A stretch of DNA of 64,000 nt from the human T2T-CHM13v2.0 reference genome, Homo sapiens. Position 1 is the stretch's first letter. The number at the start of each line of letters is the position of its first letter. Shown one piece after another: positions 12,581-26,357 of the stretch. The notes beneath the pieces were generated by a model. That model ran no database searches, was not told the origin of the DNA, and worked only from the letters and a program-made list of their open reading frames with translations. The translations under genes and the position numbers were made by a program. The stretch lies in NCBI RefSeq assembly GCF_009914755.1, contig NC_060930.1. One strand, 5' to 3'.

Positions 12581-13689
12581 TACCTTCCTTCTTTCTTCTA
12601 TCCTTATGATGTTTCCATTTGACCCCTAAAATTTTGTCTTCTAAATATAAGAATTTTTTTAGAGGTTTCTGGTACATGCAAATTGCCCCTGGTTATCACA
12701 CATTGTTTTTCAGGTAAACTGGTTAATCACTAACTATCAAAAGTAATAAATTCCAGCTACGTTTCAGAAAGTTAATTGTAAAAATATGGATGTAGGAATT
12801 CTGACATAATCTTGGAATTCATTGATAAAAACCCAGGATTTCCCATATCTACCAGTAAGCAGAAGAGGGAGCTCTAAGCCTGGAATTCAAACTCCAGCTT
12901 TCTTAAAGCTAAAACTTGATCAAATTTTTGAACCTGTATAAACAAACTCTAAACCAAAAATATCTAAACTATATAAATTCAAGAAGACAGCAAAAAATTC
13001 TGATCCATCATCCAAGGATTTAAATATGGAATAATTTATCTTTTGTCCCAAACTCAATATAAACTCCTTTAATGCCATTAACATGAAATGCTTGCTTTCG
13101 AGGCATGTTTATTTTTAAAAGTCCACTGATATATTTAAATACATACAAGTATTTGTAAGTTTTTCCTATGTATGATAATATAGCCTTTTTGTGTATAAAA
13201 ATGTTTGAGAATTTGTAAAGAATGGGGTCATTTTTCCCTTTGTTACAACTTTCTTCTAGTCTAATTCTCTGTGTTGCTAAAATTTACAGACACATTCCTA
13301 AGGCTATACAAATGTCGAATCTCTATGATTCTTGGCAGAATTAGTCTTTTATCCATTTACGGTCAAATCTGACTGATTCTTATTGTTTTTAATAGCTATA
13401 TCTATATTTATCTTTCTCCTTCTCTCTCTCTCTCTCTCTAATTTTATCAGTTCAGACCTCGCAATCTATATATTAGTAATTTTTCAGACATTACCAGAAA
13501 CTATGAAAACCATAATTATTTCACAACTTAATTCCAGCATAGTTACATACAAAAGAGAAGGAGTAAAGGGTTAGAGCATGTACTACTTCAGTCAATTACA
13601 TTATCTGAAGCACCAAGAAGAGAAAAAATTCATCTCCATTCAATCAATATTATGGCTTAATCACATTTTCTATAAGGATGTAAAAATGA

Positions 13690-13880
13690 GGGACTGGGGA
13701 TTTGAAAATGGCTCTGTCACTATCTCTGTGACACTTGAAACATAGAATTTTGCTTAACTTTTTAATGAGAAGAATAATTACTATTATACAAGGCTGTTGG
13801 GCAGATTAAATGAGATAATATATGTGTACAAGTTTCTTACACAGTGCCTGTAACACAGCTGCTCAATATAAATGACTGTC
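13690..13880 (+). mobile_element. MIR fragment
   Basis: 'ggctgttgggcagattaaatgagataatatatgtg...acacagtgcctg...gctcaatata'. Confidence 0.7.
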
Positions 13881-13891
13881 TTCTTTTCTAA

Positions 13892-14354
<463 letters not shown>

Positions 14355-16069
14355 CTAACAAAACCTAAAACTTTTTGGAGCACTAACTGCCTATCAGGCA
14401 TTGTATAGCACAGGCTATAGTTAATTTAATCTTCATTATTATCCTTCAATATACGTCCTGTTATTGTCTTCCACTTACCCATGAAGGCATGGAGAGGCTA
14501 CTTAATTGTCTCAAAACCTCACAGCTACTGCTCAACAAAGCAAATGTGTTTGACCACAAAACTAGAATTCTTAACCATTGCCCCTCACTGCTCAAGAATC
14601 TTCTGAAACAGAAGGTTCGTGTACACATGATTTGCATAAGATTTCAACTCTCCATACATTTTAACAAGCTCCTAAGCAAATTTATTGTGTCTATGTTCCA
14701 ACCCTGCTAATCTGACTAATCTATACATCACAATCTCCAGCCCCATTATTTTAGATAGATTCCTATACCATTACCTACTACGATTTTGTCCTACAAAACA
14801 GAAAATCTAGTAAGTAGAAGTAAATTAATAGTAAAGTTCTAAATGTATTGACACTGATACAGCATATTAATGTATAAATGAGCAAATATATCCTTTTCAT
14901 TCTTTAATGCTTAAAATTCAACAGACATTACTTGCAAAAACGTTCATTCTGTTTGAATAATACTGAAAATGAAATTATGTTGACCAGTGATCACTTCCCT
15001 AAAACCAACCATCATTAACTCTAGCAATTTGCTCCTTACTCTTATCAAGAATAACCTAGTAACTACCTCCAAAGCAGCTAATTTATTTCATTTATTCTCT
15101 AAAAATAATTATACTTTAATGATCTACTTTTCAGGGTAAGATGCTCATTTATTGCAGTGTATCAAAAGCTTTTATGTAACTGAACCATTAGGCTACACCT
15201 TATCATATGGTCCTCTTAAAAGTCTGGGCAAAAACAAATACTTTTAATACTGATTTCTATCTACTCCACGCTCGGCTTGAGTTAGTTGTCTGTAAATCAA
15301 TCCTTCTGACATGTAGGTGTAAATCTCTGTTCTTCACTTCAGGAAAGTTTCCACCACATTTCTGGGCTTTAGTTTTCTTCTAGGTCTTTCCAGTGTGTTG
15401 CTCGCCCCTGAAGCCCAGGTTCATAAACATAACTGAATACTGTGCATCATACTGAAATTTTCTGCAGATACCTCAAATTCCCAATGTCTTCCAAAATAAA
15501 GATCTCACATCCATTGTCAATCCTCTCTCTCACAATTCCCACACACCTTTCATAATCAAACTCTAAATTCTACCAGTGTTTTGAGTCCATTCTCTTCTTT
15601 GTGTTCTTTAATTACAGCTTTTATCATCTCTTAATTTTTTTGTTTGTTTTTACAGTTTCCATGTCCTTATCTTTCTGTACTACATTCTGGTTTGTTTCCT
15701 CATCTCTCTCATCTAGTCATTAAATTTATCTTGAGTTCTTTTTGATCTTCTATTTTAACCTCTTCACAAAATTCTTTATTAGATATACTTTTATAGCTAT
15801 ACTTTCTAGTTGGTTCTTTTTTCAATCCTCCTGATATTTTTCCAGAATATTCTTGTCATTGATTTATGGCTTCTTTTTTTCCCACCATTTCCTAAAAAAT
15901 TTTAGACAGACAAGTTTGACAGGTTTTTTTCAAATTCTTCCATCTTGAATTATTGGATGTGAACCTCACACGTATTGCATTTTCTGACATTCTTTTGTAG
16001 TGGTTCATTTTTTCATAAGCCTTACAATTTTAAACATGCAGGCCTTTTCAGCAGTGTTATGGAGCTCTC

Positions 16070-16313
16070 AGGAATGGGGTTATGCTCTTAAGAAGGAGAT
16101 CCCAGAGAGCTAGCTCCCCACTTCTGGCATGTGAGGACATGGCTAGAAGATGCCATCTGTGAACCAGAAAGCAGGCCCTCACCAGACGCCAAATCTGCCA
16201 GTGCACTCATCTTGAACTTCTTAGACTGTAGAATTATGAGAAATAAACTTCTGTTGTTTATAAGTCACTCAATGGAAGATATTTTGTTATAGCAGCTTGA
16301 ATGGCCCAAGACA
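16070..16313 (+). mobile_element. MLT1A-like MaLR LTR, 3' part
   Basis: 'gaaccagaaagcaggccctcaccagac', 'gagaaataaacttctgttgtttataag', ends 'aatggcccaagaca'. Confidence 0.75.
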
Positions 16314-16429
16314 GAGTTGTTTTCATGAGCTAAGAGTGTGAAGGGGCTTCTTATTGGAAGCATTTCTACACAGTAGCTTCTCACTTTTCTCTGCCAAGGT
16401 GCTATTGGTTTTGCCAGTTCAGGGCCAAT

Positions 16430-19400
16430 TTTTTAAATTGACATTCTTATTGAGATAATTATAGATTCATGTGCAGTTTTAATAATACTGAGAGATCCTC
16501 TGTACCTTTTACCCAGTTTCTCTCAATGGTAACATCTTGCAAAATAATAGTATAGTTTCACAACCAGGATACTAATATTATACAATTCACTGTGTTTGCT
16601 AAGATTTCCCCAATTACTATACTCATTGCTGAATGTGTTTTATATATTATTTACATATATATGCTTATATATTTAGTTTTTAAATTGTATCTATTACATT
16701 TAGGTCTATTTTAAGTTTTGTAGGAAGTGTGAGGTTTAGGTAGAGATTTATTTTTTGTCTGTGGATAGTCAATTGCTCCAACACCATTTGTTGAAAGGGC
16801 CATCCTTCCTTCACTTAATTGTTTTTGCATCTTTGTCAAAAACAAGTTAAGCACATTTGTGTGAGTCGTTTTGTGGTTTCTCCACTCCCTTCTATTGATC
16901 TCTGTCTGTCCCTCTGGCAACTCACTGTCTTGATTACTGTAGCTCTATAGTGAGCATAATCGTTAGATTGGGTGAGTCCTCCTACATATTCTTTGTAAAG
17001 ATTATTTTAGCTATTCTAGGCCCTGCACCTCTCCATATAACTTTTAGAATATACTTGTATGTGCCTAAAAAATATGTCACTGTAAAATGTAAAACCCAAG
17101 ACTATAAAATCCCCCAAAGACAACCTACGCAATATCATTCTGGACTCAGGAGAGGGCAAAGAACGAAGACGGCAAAAGCAATTGCAACAAAAGCAAAAAT
17201 TGACAAGTGGAATCTAATTAAAGATTCCCAGCACAAAAAGGAAGCTATCAACAGAGTGAACAGACAACCTACAGAATGGGAGAATATTTTTGCAAACTGT
17301 GCACCTGACAAAGGTCTAGTATCCAACATCTATAAGGAACTTAAACAAATTTATGAGAAAAACATAAAAAACTCCATTAAAAAATGGGCAAAGGATATGA
17401 ACAGACCACTTTTCCAAAGGGGACATACATGTGGCAAACAATCACATGAGAAAAAAAGCTCAGCATCACTGATCACTGGAGAAATGCGAATCAAAACCAC
17501 ATGAGATACCATCTCACACCAAATTGGCTATTATTAAAAAGTCAAAAAATAACAGATGCTGGCAAGGTTGTGGAGAAAAAGGAATACTTATACACTGTTG
17601 GTGGGAGCGTAAATTAGTTCAACCATTGTGGAAGACAATATGGTGATTCCTCAAAGACCTAAAGAGAGAAATACCATTCAACCTAGCAATCCCATTACTG
17701 GGTATATACCCAAGGAAATATAAATTATTATAAAGACATAAGTACTTGTATGTTCATTGCAGCACTATTTACAATAACAAAGACATGAAATCAACATAAA
17801 TGCCCATCAATGACAGACTGGATTAAAAAATGTGGTGCATATATACATAAAATACTATGCAGCCATAAAAAAGAATGAGATCATGCTCTTTGTAGTGATG
17901 TGGATGAAGCTTGAGGCCACTATCCTTCACAAACTAACACAGACACAGAAAACCAAATACTGCATATTCTCACTTATAAGTGGGAGCTAAATGATGAGAA
18001 CACATGGAGACATATAGGGGAACAACACACACTGGGGCCTGTTGGAGGGTGGAAGATGGGAGGAGGAGAAGAATCAGAAAAAATAACTAATAGGTAGTAT
18101 GCTTAATACCTGGGCAATGAAATAATCTGTACAACAAACCTTCATGACACAAGTTTACCTATACAACAAACCTGCACATGTACCCCTGAACTTAAAGTAG
18201 AAGTTAAAAAATAAATAAATAAAATTTAAAAATACAATAATGTCACTAGAATTTTTATTGAAATTGTAATGAATCTGTACACGGATTTGAAGAAAACTGC
18301 CATATTTTACTGTGTTGAGCCCTTCAATACACGAATGGAATATGTCCATTATTTAGGTCTTCTTTGAGTCCTTTCATTAACATTTTTAAAAATTTCCATC
18401 ATATAGATACTTTACATGTTTCATTAAGTATATACCTAAGTATTTAGTTTTCTCTTGGGTGATTATACATGTTGTTTTTATTTTTTTCTGTATCTTCATG
18501 CATGTGGAAATTCCATTAATTTTTGGGTGTTTTTTTTGTATCCTACAACCTTGTTGAACTCACTTGTTAATTGTAGCAGGGATTTTTTGATGTTTTGTAG
18601 ATTCATTGGTATTTTCTACATGGACAATTATTTTATCTTCATAAAGATAGAAACCACTTTATTTCTTCATTTCTAATCTATATGCATTTTATCTGTTTCT
18701 TGTTTTGTTATTGTGTCTGGAATTTCCATTACTATTTTGAATTAAGAGTGAGAATAAAGGAAACCTTTGCCTTGTTTCCCATGTTATTCAGTCTTTGAAA
18801 TTAAGTGTGAAGTTAGGTATGGGTATTTTTGTATGTATACCTTAACAAATTGAGGTAATTTCCTTCTAAACCTAATAGTTAGATTTTTTTTTATCATGAA
18901 CAACTGTTAGATTTGACCAAAATTAATTTTCTGTGAATTGATGTGATCATATTTTTCTTCTCCAGTCTGTTAGTATGGTAGACTGCACTGATTGATTTTC
19001 AAATGTTGAACTAACCTTGTATACCCAGAACAAATTCCACTTGATCATGGTATGTAATTTTTCATACATTGTTAAATGCAGTTTGCTAATATTTTGCTAC
19101 AGATTTTTGCCTTTAAGTTCACGAGAGTTGTTTGTCTGCAGTTTGCTTTCACTTTTTTTATTGTACTTGGCTAGTTTTGGTATCAGAATAATACTGACCT
19201 CATAAAATAAGTTGGTTAAGTATACCCTCCTTCTCTGAAAAATATTGTGTAAAATTGATATTCATTCTTCTTTAAATGTTTGGTGGACTTCACCAGTGAA
19301 ACCATTTGGACCTGGAGATCTTTTTAAGCTCCTACTTCATTTCTGATATTATTTCTGTTTTTTGCTTTTCATGTATATTAGTTTTGTTATATTTGTTATC

Positions 19401-20270
19401 TATTTTATTGATTTTTTTGTGAAAAAACAGCTTTTTGTTTCATTAATTTTCGCCACCGTTTTTCTATTTTTAATTTTATTGATTTGTTTTTTACTTTATT
19501 TCTTCTGCTTGTTTTGAGTTTATTTTGCTCTTTGTTTTCTAGTTTCTTGAGCCAGAAACCTAAAATACTGATTTGCAAACTTTCCTTACTTCTCACGTAA
19601 GCATTTAATGCTATATCCCATAGTTTTTATATGGTGTATTTTCATTTCACGCTGTTTTTTTTTTTTCTGTAGCTGTTGTTTGTTTTGACTTGCTCTTTGA
19701 TCCATGAATATTTGTAAGTGTGTTGTTTATTTTAAAGTGCTTGGAGAGGTTCCTTTTGTCTTTACACTGTTAATTTCTAATTTGATTGTACCATGGTCAG
19801 AGAGTACACACTATATGATTTCATGGCCCAGGATATAGTCTATCTTGGTTAGTCTTCTATGGAGGCTTTAAAAATACATTCCAGTATTATAGGGTGAAGT
19901 GTTCTGTATGTCAATTACATCTGTTGGTGGATCATATTGTTCAGGTCTTCTATATACTTGATAACTATAATTTTGGATTTGTCTACTTTCTTTTTCAGCT
20001 CTATCAATTTTTGCTTCATGTTTCTTTTCCCTTCATATATGTTTTTCTGTGTGTACACAGTTAAGTTTGTTATGATATCATGTAATGTCCATCTTTTTCT
20101 CCAGTAATTTTTATTGCTCTGAAGTCTACTTTATGAGATATTAAACCATTCCTTCCTTTTCCATTAATACTGGCACGATATATCTTTTTTCATCTTTTTG
20201 CTTTCAACCTACCTATGTCACTGAATATGAAATGTTTTTTACACATAGCATGTAGTTAGGTTCATTTTAT
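16430..20270 (-). mobile_element. Old L1MC-type LINE (3' end at ~16430, ORF2 remnants to ~20270), interrupted by a younger L1 at 17082-18238
   Basis: T-rich antisense ORF2 motifs ('caacaccatttgttgaaa', 'tgattactgtagct', 'ggacttcaccagtgaaaccatttggacctgg'). Minus-strand ORFs at 16711 and 19405 read as L1 ORF2. Confidence 0.8.
17082..18238 (+). mobile_element. 5'-truncated primate L1 (L1PA13-16-like)
   Basis: ORF2 peptide '[16 protein letters not shown]...[16 protein letters not shown]', L1PA 3'UTR, A-rich tail, flanking 'atgtcact' duplication. Confidence 0.9.
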
Positions 20271-20407
20271 GGGCCTAAAATCTTCATAAATTGTGGAAAA
20301 AATTAATTAGGACCCAATAGCTGTTTTGCACATCTATTTTTTGAAGGTGACAGTTTTTCATCTATGAAACTGTTGGGAATAAAAATGTTCCTTTCAAGAT
20401 CTGAGTA

Positions 20408-21150
20408 GATTTCTCAAAAGAAGATTATACAAATGGCAAACAAGTATAAGAACAGGTGTTCACTATCATTTTTCATCAGAGAAATGCAAATCAAAGCTAT
20501 GATGAGATATCATCTCACCCCAGTTAAAATGGCTTTTAGCCAAAAGACAGACAATAGTGAATGCTGGTGAGGATGTGGAGAAAAAAGTCCTCATACACTG
20601 TTGATGGGAATATAAATGAGTACAACCACTATGGAGAACGGTTTGGATGTTCTTCAAAATCTAAAAAATAGAGCTACCATATGATCTAGGAATCCCACTA
20701 CTAGGTATACACCCAAAAGAAAGGAAATCAGTGGATCAAAGAGACATCTGCATTCCAGTGATTATTGCAGCACTATTTATAATAGCCAAGTTTGGAAGCA
20801 ACCTGAGTGTCCATCAACAGATGAACGGATAAAGAAAATGTGGTACATAGTACAATGGAGTACTATTCAGCCATTAAAAAGAATGAGATCCTGTCATTTT
20901 CAACAACATGGATGGAATGGGAGGACACTATGTTAAGTAAAATAAGCCAGGTGCAGAAAGATAAACTTCACGTTCTCACTTATTTGTAGACGGCAAAAAT
21001 TAAAACAATTTACCCTGATTTGATTATTATGCATTGTATGCCTGTATTACAATATCTCATGTACTCCATAAATATATACACCTACTATGTACCCACAAAA
21101 ATTTAAAATTAAACAATTCAAAAATAATAATAATATAATTAAATAATTAA
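20408..21150 (+). mobile_element. L1MA-type 3' fragment
   Basis: 'ttctcaaaagaagattatacaaatggc...gagatatcatctcaccccagttaaaatggc...tactatgtacccacaaaaatt' followed by an A-rich tail. Confidence 0.85.
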
Positions 21151-21190
21151 ATAATATTTTCATATCCGCAAGGCCAGAGGATATTTTCTG

Positions 21191-22852
21191 AATTCCAGCC
21201 AATATGTCCGACTAGAAGCAGCTAGTGCATGCTGCTGTCCCAGAGAGAAAAAAGACTGCTGAGTAAACATTAGCTCTTCAACTAGATCATCCAGGTGGAC
21301 ACATTGGGCTCATCAGGGAAGCAACATGACTCACAGAGAATGGAGGAGAGCAGCAGGACAATCATCCACCTGGGAGTGGTGCAGAGCCAAGGCAGGCCCC
21401 CCACCCCTGAGAAACAGTGAGTGAGCATCCCTGGGGATTCACACTTCTGCCATGGACTTTTATGACCCTAGGCTTGGAAGAACCCCAGTGACTACCACCT
21501 CCCCACCCCCTCAGGCCTTCAGACTGACAGGGAGAGCTACATGGAGTCTGGACAGAGCCACCACTCAGGCACATGAGAAGTCTTTGGAGCCTTGGATCCC
21601 TGGGCATCCTGGCACCAGCAGCTGCAGCTCTGGAGCCAGGGGAGGCCAGGCTCCCTCATACAACCCCTGGACAGGGGCTGAATCCATGGGGCTGAGCAGC
21701 AGATAGACTATAGGCCTAGCCTCCACTGTACTTCATCAGGTAAGGCCCAGTGGCCTGGGACTCTACTGTGGCCACCCCAGCCCTGCCTCAGCTTTCTGGC
21801 CAGAAGCAGCTCTGCATTTCCCTGGGATGGATCTCCCAGACGTAGCAGTCAGGGTGCCTTTTTTTCTGCTCCACAGCCCTAACTCCTGTTACCCTCAGGC
21901 TCTAGAAGGAACGCAGTGATTAGAGACTAATATGGGTTCCCAGCACAGAGCAGCTGCCTTACAGAAAAGTGGCCAGACTGCTTTACATGCGGGTCCCCAC
22001 CCCACTACTCCTCAATGGACAGGGTCTCTTGACCTGGGCCCCTCATCACAACCACCTTGCCCTAGCCTGAACATTTCAGTTGGTGGCAGCTCTGTGTTTC
22101 TCTGGGGAGGAAATCCCAGAGACAGCCCACAGTCCTCTGCCTTTGCAGCTGCGGTGACTGCCTTTATTGCCCTCAAGCTGGGGAGAGAACTAAGAGCCTG
22201 GTCATTATGCTGGCACCTCCAGCATGCCACAGCCACTGTGTGGAAAGAAACCCAGTCTTTCTTCTCTGTGAGTCCCCAGCCCCCACTTGATATGAATCAT
22301 TCTACCATAAAGACAACATATGTGTGTATTCATCGCAGCACTACTCACAATAGCAAAGACATGGAATCAACCTAAATGCCCATCAACAGTAGACTGGATA
22401 AAGAAAATGTGGCATATATACACCATGGAATACTATACAGTCATAAAAGAAGAATATGATCATGTCCTTTGCAGCAACATGGATGGAGTCGGAGGCCGTT
22501 ATCCTAAGGAAACTAACGCAGGAACAGAAAACCAAATACTGCATGTTCTTACTTATAAGTGGGTGCTAAACATTGAGAACCCATGGGCACTAAGAAAGGA
22601 ACAAGAGACACTAGGATGTACTTGAAGGTAGAGGATGGGAGGAGGAAGAGAACTGAAAAGCTACCTATTGGGTATTATGCTTATTACCTGGATGACAAAA
22701 TAATCTGTACACCAAATCCTCATGACATGCAATTTACCTGTATAACAAACCTACACATGTACATTTGAACCTAAAATAAAAGTTTACAAAAATAAATTAA
22801 ATTAAATTAATGGACACAAGATGAATCATTCAATAAATATTTCTAGAAAAAA
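21191..22852 (+). mobile_element. L1PA15/16-like element: 5'UTR (~21195-22289) joined directly to the ORF2 end and 3'UTR (~22290-22810)
   Basis: L1-type start 'agccaatatgtccgactagaagcagc' (cf. 'agccaagatggccga'), GC-rich 1.1 kb, then 'FIAALLTIAKTWNQPKCPSTVDWIKKMW'. Candidate TSD 'atattttctg' at 21181-21190 and 22853-22862. Confidence 0.75.
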
Positions 22853-22972
22853 ATATTTTCTGGCCTTATTCTTACAGCTTGAGCAGCCTTAATAGCTTCT
22901 AGCTTTATAGAGATAGCTTAATTTTGACTATGTGCACGTCTTGAAGCTTAGCTTCTTCATCTCTTTATTGCC

Positions 22973-23029
22973 TATTATTACACCAATAATATATAATAAA
23001 TAATATTATTACACCAATAATATGTAATA
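22973..23029. repeat. Tandem duplication, 31-bp period
   Basis: 'tattattacaccaataatat(a/g)taata' occurs twice. Confidence 0.85.
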
Positions 23030-23379
23030 TAGCAGAGCTGAAAGAAATCCATAAGTGAAAACCAATGATGCATACCACATGGTTCATGTACTCTGAATCT
23101 TGAAGATTGCACACCAGACTCTTACCAGGAAAATCTGCTATATCTGTGACATTAGAAGACCTGAGGACTGGAGGTCAGCCATTAGAATCAGTTGCTATTA
23201 TGAAAATGTCTTGAGGACAGAGACCATACCTTAGTACCTCCAATGCATGCAACATTTATGTTATTAAAGGTGAGGATAAAAGAAATGGATAGGACAGTTC
23301 ATTCAGTCTTTTCTTTTTCTCCAAGAATAACAATGTTCTCTTTCATCCAAAGCTCCTGCTGAAAGCATCCAATTTATTT

Positions 23380-23520
23380 GTTTGCTTATTCATTCATTCA
23401 TGCTTTCCTTCAATAAATATTATATGATTAGGATTCCTACCTTAGGCAGGCACTGTCCTATGGACCTGAGACAGAGAAAGAGCAAAGCAAAAAACATCCG
23501 TGCTTAGGTAACATGCCCAT
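23380..23520 (-). mobile_element. L2 3' end
   Basis: 'attcattcattca...caataaatatt...cctaccttaggcaggcactgtccta'. Confidence 0.6.
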
Positions 23521-23875
23521 GTCCTCTTCCTTAGAAGTAAAGTCTCCTGAAGTGTAAGTTGAACACATTAGGACTTTAATTTCTCTGTTTTTGCTTTTGA
23601 TTAATGCAAACCCTACTAGTTGATCAAAGAATTCAACTAACTTTCAAACATCTTAAATATCTCTTAGGTTAAAGGTCAAGATCCTCAGTCAAAAGAACAA
23701 GGAAGAATTATGGTCTTTAAAACTTTGAACTCTGTGATATAATCTTAAGTTATCATGTTCAAACTTTCTAAGTGACAAAAACAGCAAACTTGGGAAATAG
23801 CTATAGAAGGAGAGAACCAGATTTGGGAAATGCAAAACTGGCTGGCCTTCTTTACAAAGAAAAGCAACTTGAGAG

Positions 23876-25477
23876 TGAGTCACATTTGAATACCCAGTAG
23901 CCAATATAGACAAATTCATATAATATAAAAAGGCATCATTTTCTATCCCTGAACTACAATAATAATACTTCCACACAAATTTGAACTAGAGCAATTGATT
24001 AACTTGCTAATTCTTTATTCCCAGGTGACAATAAATGGCCCTTATCCTGCCCAAGGATGGAATAGGTTATAGGGTGAACATAAATGGTTGAAAGTTATTG
24101 GAGAATAGATGTGCTGCCAGATTACCATTTACAGAACTGACTCACTATGTTTCTTAGACATCCTGGGTAGGTTCCCTATTTATCACATGGGGTTCATAGA
24201 ACTTGTAGGTAAAAATAGATGAACCCTCACGTAAAATTTAGTACATGGCATCTAACACTCAAACAGTAATCATATTAGTATCCAAATTGGAATTGACTTT
24301 GTGACAGATTTCAAATAGCAGAGTCCTGCAAAGCAATTGCAACATGTCTGTGCATTCCTAGCAAATCTGAAAGCACATTCAAAATACTGATGCATCTGGT
24401 TTTCCCTCAGGCGACAGCTGCAGCTGCTCAAGTTTGCTGGAGAGTCTGAAGTGACAGCCCCCTCCTGGCTGGCAGCATCACTCTCATTCAGAAGAGAGAT
24501 CACAGAGCCTAGATCATTTCTGCCTTTGATGTGCATCTCCTAGACGTCAGCAGGAGACTAGACGGCTTGTCAGGAATGAGATTAGAAACCTGCAAAGCAA
24601 GAACCTTTTCCTAAGATTTTTCAACTATCCCTGTTGTTACTGGACAGACTCAGGAAAGAGAGAAAAATGCATCTGAAATCTCTACCTTCTAAGGCTTTCG
24701 TTGAGAAGAAAAAAGCAAGCCCAAATGTATGAGCCTTTGTGCTGAAATCTATGTGAAAGAAAGAAAAAGATAAGAAAAGCAAAGAAAGAGAGAAAAAAGA
24801 AAAAGGAAGGAAGGAGAAAGAGAAAGAAAGAGAGAGAAAGAAAGAAAGCAAGCAAGCAAGCAAGAAAGAAAGAAAGAAAAAAGAAAAAAAAGAAAAAAAA
24901 AGAAAGAAAAGTGAGATTGTATCTTAAATGGCTCCAGGGTGGGGCAGGAGGAGTTTAAGAAAACATAAGCAGGCTACACTTTTCCCTTTTTTTTTCAGCG
25001 ACTTTTTTCTACACAGGATTTCCTGATCACATCATGAGGAACTATGTAAATATGCCCTCTTTGACTCAGTGGAAATAATCATTTCCTGTCAAGTTATTTC
25101 AAGGAAGGAAAAAGACCCCCAAACAGCCAAAACCAGAAAAGTACAAATTGTCAAATGAAATTTCATAAGGGACAGTTTTCAAGTGAGTCAAGCATTATTC
25201 TGTAATTCGTTCTTAACTTGGTTGCCTTTGTTTTGTATTGTTTTGTTGGTCAAATACATTACTTACATTGCGAAATACCCTGGCATCTCATCTTGTAATC
25301 ATTGCTCAAAATAAAGTTCACTTCTTGAAAGGTTTGGAATTTATACCAAGCCTGTAGTGATTTATAGTTCAAAAACACTTCCTCTTTCTCTCCATTCTCA
25401 TCCTCACACTGTTTTGTTTATTGTGAAAGTGGTAGATACAGGTGTGAGTGTCCAGCTTACGACAGGAAAATTTTTCC
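23876..25477. promoter_or_regulatory. Candidate enhancer: 4 AP-1 consensus sites plus FOX, NFAT, C/EBP and kB-like motifs in non-repeat DNA
   Basis: TGASTCA at 23876, 24138, 25062, 25184; GTAAATA at 25046; ATTGCGAAAT at 25267; GGAAAATTTTTCC at 25465. Motif evidence only. Confidence 0.45.
24755..24910. repeat. Polypurine (GAAA)n/(GCAA)n compound microsatellite
   Basis: About 155 bp that is almost entirely A/G. Confidence 0.95.
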
Positions 25478-25686
25478 ACACTAGAACAAAACAAAATTAA
25501 CCCATGGAAATAGATTGATCATTTGCCTTTTCATCTAGACAATTATCTTTCTGTCTTTCTCTCTTACTCTATCACTAACTTACAACATTTAATACTTTTA
25601 TATCTGTGCTATTCAAATCTTTTGAGCAGTAGCCTGAGGGAGTCAGCCATTTCCACCTTCTTGAAGTGTACTTAGTATTTCTTTAG

Positions 25687-26036
25687 CATATCATTGGCAA
25701 ACAGAGGTAATTTGACATTCTCTTTTCCTATTCGGATGCCTTTTATTTGTTTCTCTTGCTTGGTTGCTCTGGCTGGGATTTCCAGTACTATGTTAAATAG
25801 GAGTGGTGAAAGTGGACATCCTTGTCTTGGACATAAAGATGGAAACAATAGACACTGGGGACTCCAAAAGGGCGGAAGGAGGGAGAGGGACAAAAGTGGA
25901 AAAACTACCTACTGGGTACTATGTTCACTATTTGGGGCTCAATAGAAGCCCCAAACTCAGCAGCATGCACTTTACCCATGTAAAAAACCTGCACAAGTAC
26001 CTCTTGAATCTTAAAAAAAAAAAAAAAAAAAAAAAT
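25687..26036. mobile_element. 5'-inverted (twin-primed) L1PB/L1PA17-like insertion: antisense RT fragment 25687-25829, sense 3'UTR 25828-26012, poly(A)
   Basis: Minus-strand peptide '[16 protein letters not shown]...[10 protein letters not shown]' abuts plus-strand 'ggacataaagatggaaacaatagacactgggg'. Confidence 0.8.
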
Positions 26037-26039
26037 CTA

Positions 26040-26357
<318 letters not shown>

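Noticed and set aside
16950-17504. 184-aa ORF
   Set aside because: Chance fusion across the junction of an antisense old L1 and a sense L1PA ORF2 remnant; it starts at a non-ATG codon.
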